Source: an uncultured virus (IMG/VR IMGVR_UViG_3300035208_000248)
Taxonomy: Duplodnaviria; Heunggongvirae; Uroviricota; Caudoviricetes
Length of the DNA stretch: 20,000 nt
Reading direction: 5' to 3' (one strand)
IMG/VR virus record: IMGVR_UViG_3300035208_000248
Shown here: piece by piece, positions 17,633-20,000 of the stretch
How the letters are laid out: every line of letters starts with the position of its first letter
How positions within the stretch are numbered: the stretch's first letter is position 1
Translations under genes and position numbers: made by a program
The notes under the pieces: generated by a model
What the model saw: only the letters and a program-made list of their open reading frames with translations
What the model was told of the DNA's origin: nothing
Database searches by the model: none

Positions 17633-17660
17633 TTGACTAGACGATATATGATGATATAAT
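17633..17660 (+). promoter_or_regulatory. Sigma-70-type early promoter
   Basis: TTGACT-N16-TATAAT with extended TG. Confidence 0.8.
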
Positions 17661-17666
17661 GAATAC

Positions 17667-17766
17667 ATAAGTGAAAAGCAGCATACAATAATAAGGGGAT
17701 AGTAAGGAATTAGTTATATACTAAAATCCGGGGCGAAGGCGACCCCACCCCTTATTATTTTTTTTT
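17667..17766 (+). ncRNA. Candidate ~100-nt structured RNA or leader (three-way junction ending in a U-run)
   Basis: Perfect 12-bp stem AATAATAAGGGG (17687-17698) / CCCCTTATTATT (17748-17759) enclosing two hairpins, followed by a T-run; directly downstream of promoter 17633. Confidence 0.45.
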
Positions 17767-17780
17767 ACAAGGTAGTAAAA

Positions 17781-17999
17781 ATGGACAATTTTAGCCTATT
17801 ATTTACCGATCCTAACGCCCATACTCTCACAGATAGAAAATCACTAAAACAGTTTATCATCAACCGCACTAATAATCGAGGAAATACTTTCCTGGTAGTT
17901 AGGGGGGAATGTAGGTTAATAAAGTATAAGTCTAAGGGATTAGGTTTATATGATGTTTATACTGTAGAATGGTCTATGGATAAAATGGAAACATTATGA
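17781..17999 (+). CDS. Hypothetical protein (72 aa)
   Basis: ORF track; AAGGT RBS; ATGA overlap with the next gene. Confidence 0.7.
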   Translation: MDNFSLLFTDPNAHTLTDRKSLKQFIINRTNNRGNTFLVVRGECRLIKYKSKGLGLYDVYTVEWSMDKMETL

Positions 18000-18508
18000 C
18001 TAGAACACCAACACCTATCGACAAGTCTAGTTTATTGGCTATATTGGCCGAAATAGACGGATCAAAAATCTGTACGAATAGGTCAAGTCTTTTTCAGAAA
18101 GTAGCCGATAAGTACAATGGACAACATTCACAACAGATTAGTGCATCATTAGTCTATTTGCGGGTATCACAATGGAAAGTAGAGTTGTCCACACCCGTAG
18201 GTAAAAAGGGCAGAATAAAAGGTTTCAAAATTGAAGGAAAAAGCAATAAGGTTTCTAGGTCTGTCAAGTTTGCCAACAATTCCCAGATCAAAAGTTCACT
18301 ATGTCAGATTAGGGGAATTGTACCGGAACGGTTTCAACCAGTGGTCAATCGGGTGGTACAAGGTTCCATGAAGGCTGCTGTCAACCTAAAATGCCTAGAC
18401 TGTTGTGATTATCAGACTATGGAAGTAAAATTGTGTGAATGTCAAGACTGTTCATTATGGCCATTTCGACCATATCAAAAACAAAAGGTTAAGAAAAATA
18501 ATACTTGA
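17996..18508 (+). CDS. Basic protein with C-terminal Cys-rich Zn-binding motif
   Basis: AVNLKCLDCC...VKLCECQDCSLWPFRP; central GKKGRIKG basic patch. Confidence 0.8.
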   Translation: MTRTPTPIDKSSLLAILAEIDGSKICTNRSSLFQKVADKYNGQHSQQISASLVYLRVSQWKVELSTPVGKKGRIKGFKIEGKSNKVSRSVKFANNSQIKSSLCQIRGIVPERFQPVVNRVVQGSMKAAVNLKCLDCCDYQTMEVKLCECQDCSLWPFRPYQKQKVKKNNT

Positions 18509-18532
18509 CAACTATTTTTTTTATGATATAAT
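18505..18532 (+). promoter_or_regulatory. Sigma-70-type early promoter (the -35 contains the upstream gene's TGA)
   Basis: TTGACA-N16-TATAAT with extended TG. Confidence 0.85.
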
Positions 18533-18539
18533 TAAAAAC

Positions 18540-18803
18540 ATGAATACACTACATATACAAGCACAGTTGACTTTGTTACTAGCTAGAGTGGACAATAGAC
18601 CATATCATCCAGAAGATTATTCATATATAGCTAGTATTATTTTGGAAAACACACCATTAGATATACTGCAACGTAGATTAGATTTTCTAACAAATAATGG
18701 TCATATAATTAGTGGATTTTCAGCTACTAAATCATTCTTGAAAAATGGTATAGCAGTAGATGATTATACTGGTAAATGTCTTTATTCAGAAAATAATACT
18801 TGA
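18540..18803 (+). CDS. Hypothetical protein (87 aa), probably leaderless
   Basis: MNTLHIQAQL...SENNT. The ATG is 7 nt after the -10 element with no SD; the longer track start at 18435 overlaps the previous gene. Confidence 0.65.
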   Translation: MNTLHIQAQLTLLLARVDNRPYHPEDYSYIASIILENTPLDILQRRLDFLTNNGHIISGFSATKSFLKNGIAVDDYTGKCLYSENNT

Positions 18804-18827
18804 CAATCTTTGTTTGGATGATATAAT
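18800..18827 (+). promoter_or_regulatory. Sigma-70-type early promoter (the -35 contains the upstream gene's TGA)
   Basis: TTGACA-N16-TATAAT with extended TG. Confidence 0.85.
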
Positions 18828-18897
18828 AACAGAAAAGACCAAAACACTCAATGGTGTTATTTAACTACAACCAATTTTTAGAGTAAAGGTAAAAATC

Positions 18898-19119
18898 GTG
18901 GAAAAAGTAGAATTAGTCTGCCGATATGGTGAGTTGACAACCGATATTGAATATGAGGTTGTGGAAGATGGATATGACTATATGAGACTTCGACATCATG
19001 GAAGATGTATTTATGTGCCAAAGACACTTATTAAATCTTGTCAACCACTGCGACGAACCCGCCAATATCTGCCAACTTATGAGGAAATCTTGGAAGAAGA
19101 AGCTGCATTATTCGCCTAG
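18898..19119 (+). CDS. Hypothetical protein (73 aa)
   Basis: GTG start with AAAGGT RBS. Confidence 0.7.
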   Translation: MEKVELVCRYGELTTDIEYEVVEDGYDYMRLRHHGRCIYVPKTLIKSCQPLRRTRQYLPTYEEILEEEAALFA

Positions 19120-19323
19120 TGTCTTATCAATAGAGGTTCTGATAGTCTTTCCTATATTTTTTCATACTATACAAAAGACTATCTTTATTAAAACAAAATA
19201 GAAGCGGTGAGGAATCGCTCTAGGCCACCACGGTTAAATCCAGAGTTGTCCCAACGACAATGGTACTAGACAAACAGGACTATTCCTATAATATCTATTT
19301 TGTTTTTTTACTAATTTTAATAG

Positions 19324-19584
19324 TTGACAAATACTGTTTTAATGATATAATAAAAAGAAAGAAAAAACACTTCCATCCGTCAGTTTTACCTAAACCGCCA
19401 CGGTTCGCCAACCTATTTATTCTGTGCAAATTACCCAAATTACCTATTTTAACTAAAAGCTTTATTCTACTTCTTTTATCAGTCTTACCCAAACCACCGT
19501 CATAGAATCGTTCATAGCAAGCTCAAAGACTTTTGTTTTTCTGACTATTTTAATAGTTGACATTCTAAAGAAATATGCTACAAT
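19324..19584 (+). repeat. Junction module copy D (short), bracketed by two promoters
   Basis: Promoter 19324-19351 (TTGACA-N16-TATAAT); boxes at 19383 and 19482; CATAGCAAGCTCAAA at 19513; promoter 19557-19584 (TTGACA-N16-TACAAT). Confidence 0.8.
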
Positions 19585-19638
19585 GGACGATGTAAGGAAT
19601 AGGAAAGTTTACTTCACCTTAATGAGAAGGATATACTC

Positions 19639-19869
19639 ATGGCAAAATTAGTTTGTTTTTTTAGTGGATGGTTTGAAATTGATACAAACGATGTATTGTT
19701 ACGCAATTTGGATACAGACATAGTACAAACCGCCCAACAATGGATAGAATCATCGAAGGAACCATTAGACCTAACTAATGGTTTTATATTAGAATCATTT
19801 AATGATGCTAATGCTGCTGCTACTGATGGTTTATTTGAAGAACTAACTCTGGAAATACAAGACAACTAA
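19639..19869 (+). CDS. Acidic hypothetical protein (76 aa)
   Basis: ORF track; GAAGGA RBS; follows promoter 19557. Confidence 0.75.
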   Translation: MAKLVCFFSGWFEIDTNDVLLRNLDTDIVQTAQQWIESSKEPLDLTNGFILESFNDANAAATDGLFEELTLEIQDN

Positions 19870-19886
19870 AACAAGGAATATACACA

Positions 19887-20000
19887 ATGTGTACTCCCGC
19901 TTCTTTCGTTTTGACAAAAGATTCGATTTTTTGGTCGAAAATCTCTAATTCGCATGAGGATATTATAGAGGAAAATAAGTTGTGTGCTGATGGGGCGAGA
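19887..20000 (+). CDS. Hypothetical protein, 5' part (runs off the window)
   Basis: MCTPASFVLTKDSIFWSKISNSHEDIIEENKLCADGAR..., open to the window end; AAGGA RBS. Confidence 0.7.
   Translation, partial: MCTPASFVLTKDSIFWSKISNSHEDIIEENKLCADGAR

Larger units (their letters stand above)
17179..17660 (+). repeat. Junction module copy C with tandem promoters
   Basis: Boxes at 17215, 17306, 17366, 17527; CACAGCAAGCCAAA at 17337; ATCA-N3-TGA at 17394 and 17427; promoters at 17466 and 17633. Confidence 0.85.

Noticed and set aside
17687..17759. tRNA or hammerhead ribozyme
   Set aside because: There is no TTC T-loop, D-loop or cloverleaf, and no CUGANGA/GAAA core.
19267..19292. TAGACA...TATAAT as an additional promoter
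   Set aside because: The spacer is only 14 nt and lacks the extended TG seen in the other 13 promoters.
12825..19584. CRISPR array interpretation of the recurring CCCAAAC boxes
   Set aside because: The repeats are degenerate and irregularly spaced (60-150 bp), and are separated by low-complexity 9-mer tracts rather than unique constant-length spacers. No cas genes are in the window.
10824..19865. Track ORFs 10824..11132, 10858..11370, 12172..12420, 13806..14030, 18998..19201 and 19614..19865
   Set aside because: They overlap better-supported plus-strand genes that have an RBS and promoter, and show no recognisable motifs.
1..20000. Genome-wide TAG stop-codon reassignment
   Set aside because: Long genes (terL, gmd, portal) are uninterrupted in code 11, and several genes end sensibly at TAG (terL, 10167, 12182, 12611, 12812, 19119). 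Only one suspicious internal TAG was found.

Overview
This window comes from an AT-rich, large tailed-phage (Caudoviricetes-like) genome and has two very different halves. Bases 1-9003 are a minus-strand packaging/late module. It contains the portal 5' end, a terminase large subunit interrupted by two LAGLIDADG inteins (one an Ala-start class 3 'WCT' intein inside the Walker A motif), an ERCC4-type nuclease, an HNH protein, GDP-mannose 4,6-dehydratase, a possible small terminase and a sigma-70-like factor. Two divergent plus-strand genes and a ~700 bp non-coding, hairpin-rich stretch follow. Bases ~10860-20000 look like an early/host-takeover region: about 20 tiny plus-strand ORFs driven by 13 near-consensus promoters, all TTGACA-N16-TATAAT-type with an extended -10 TG. 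The most unusual feature is a repeated, ordered non-coding junction module between the ORF cassettes (4 clear copies, 2 partial). Its order is: pseudoknot-like element, covarying hairpin around a GTTT-N5-AAAC dyad, degenerate 9-bp-period tract whose length changes in steps of 9, 'CATAGCAAGCCAAA' box, paired ATCA-N3-TGA dyads, promoter. All family calls are from motif recognition by eye; no database search was run.
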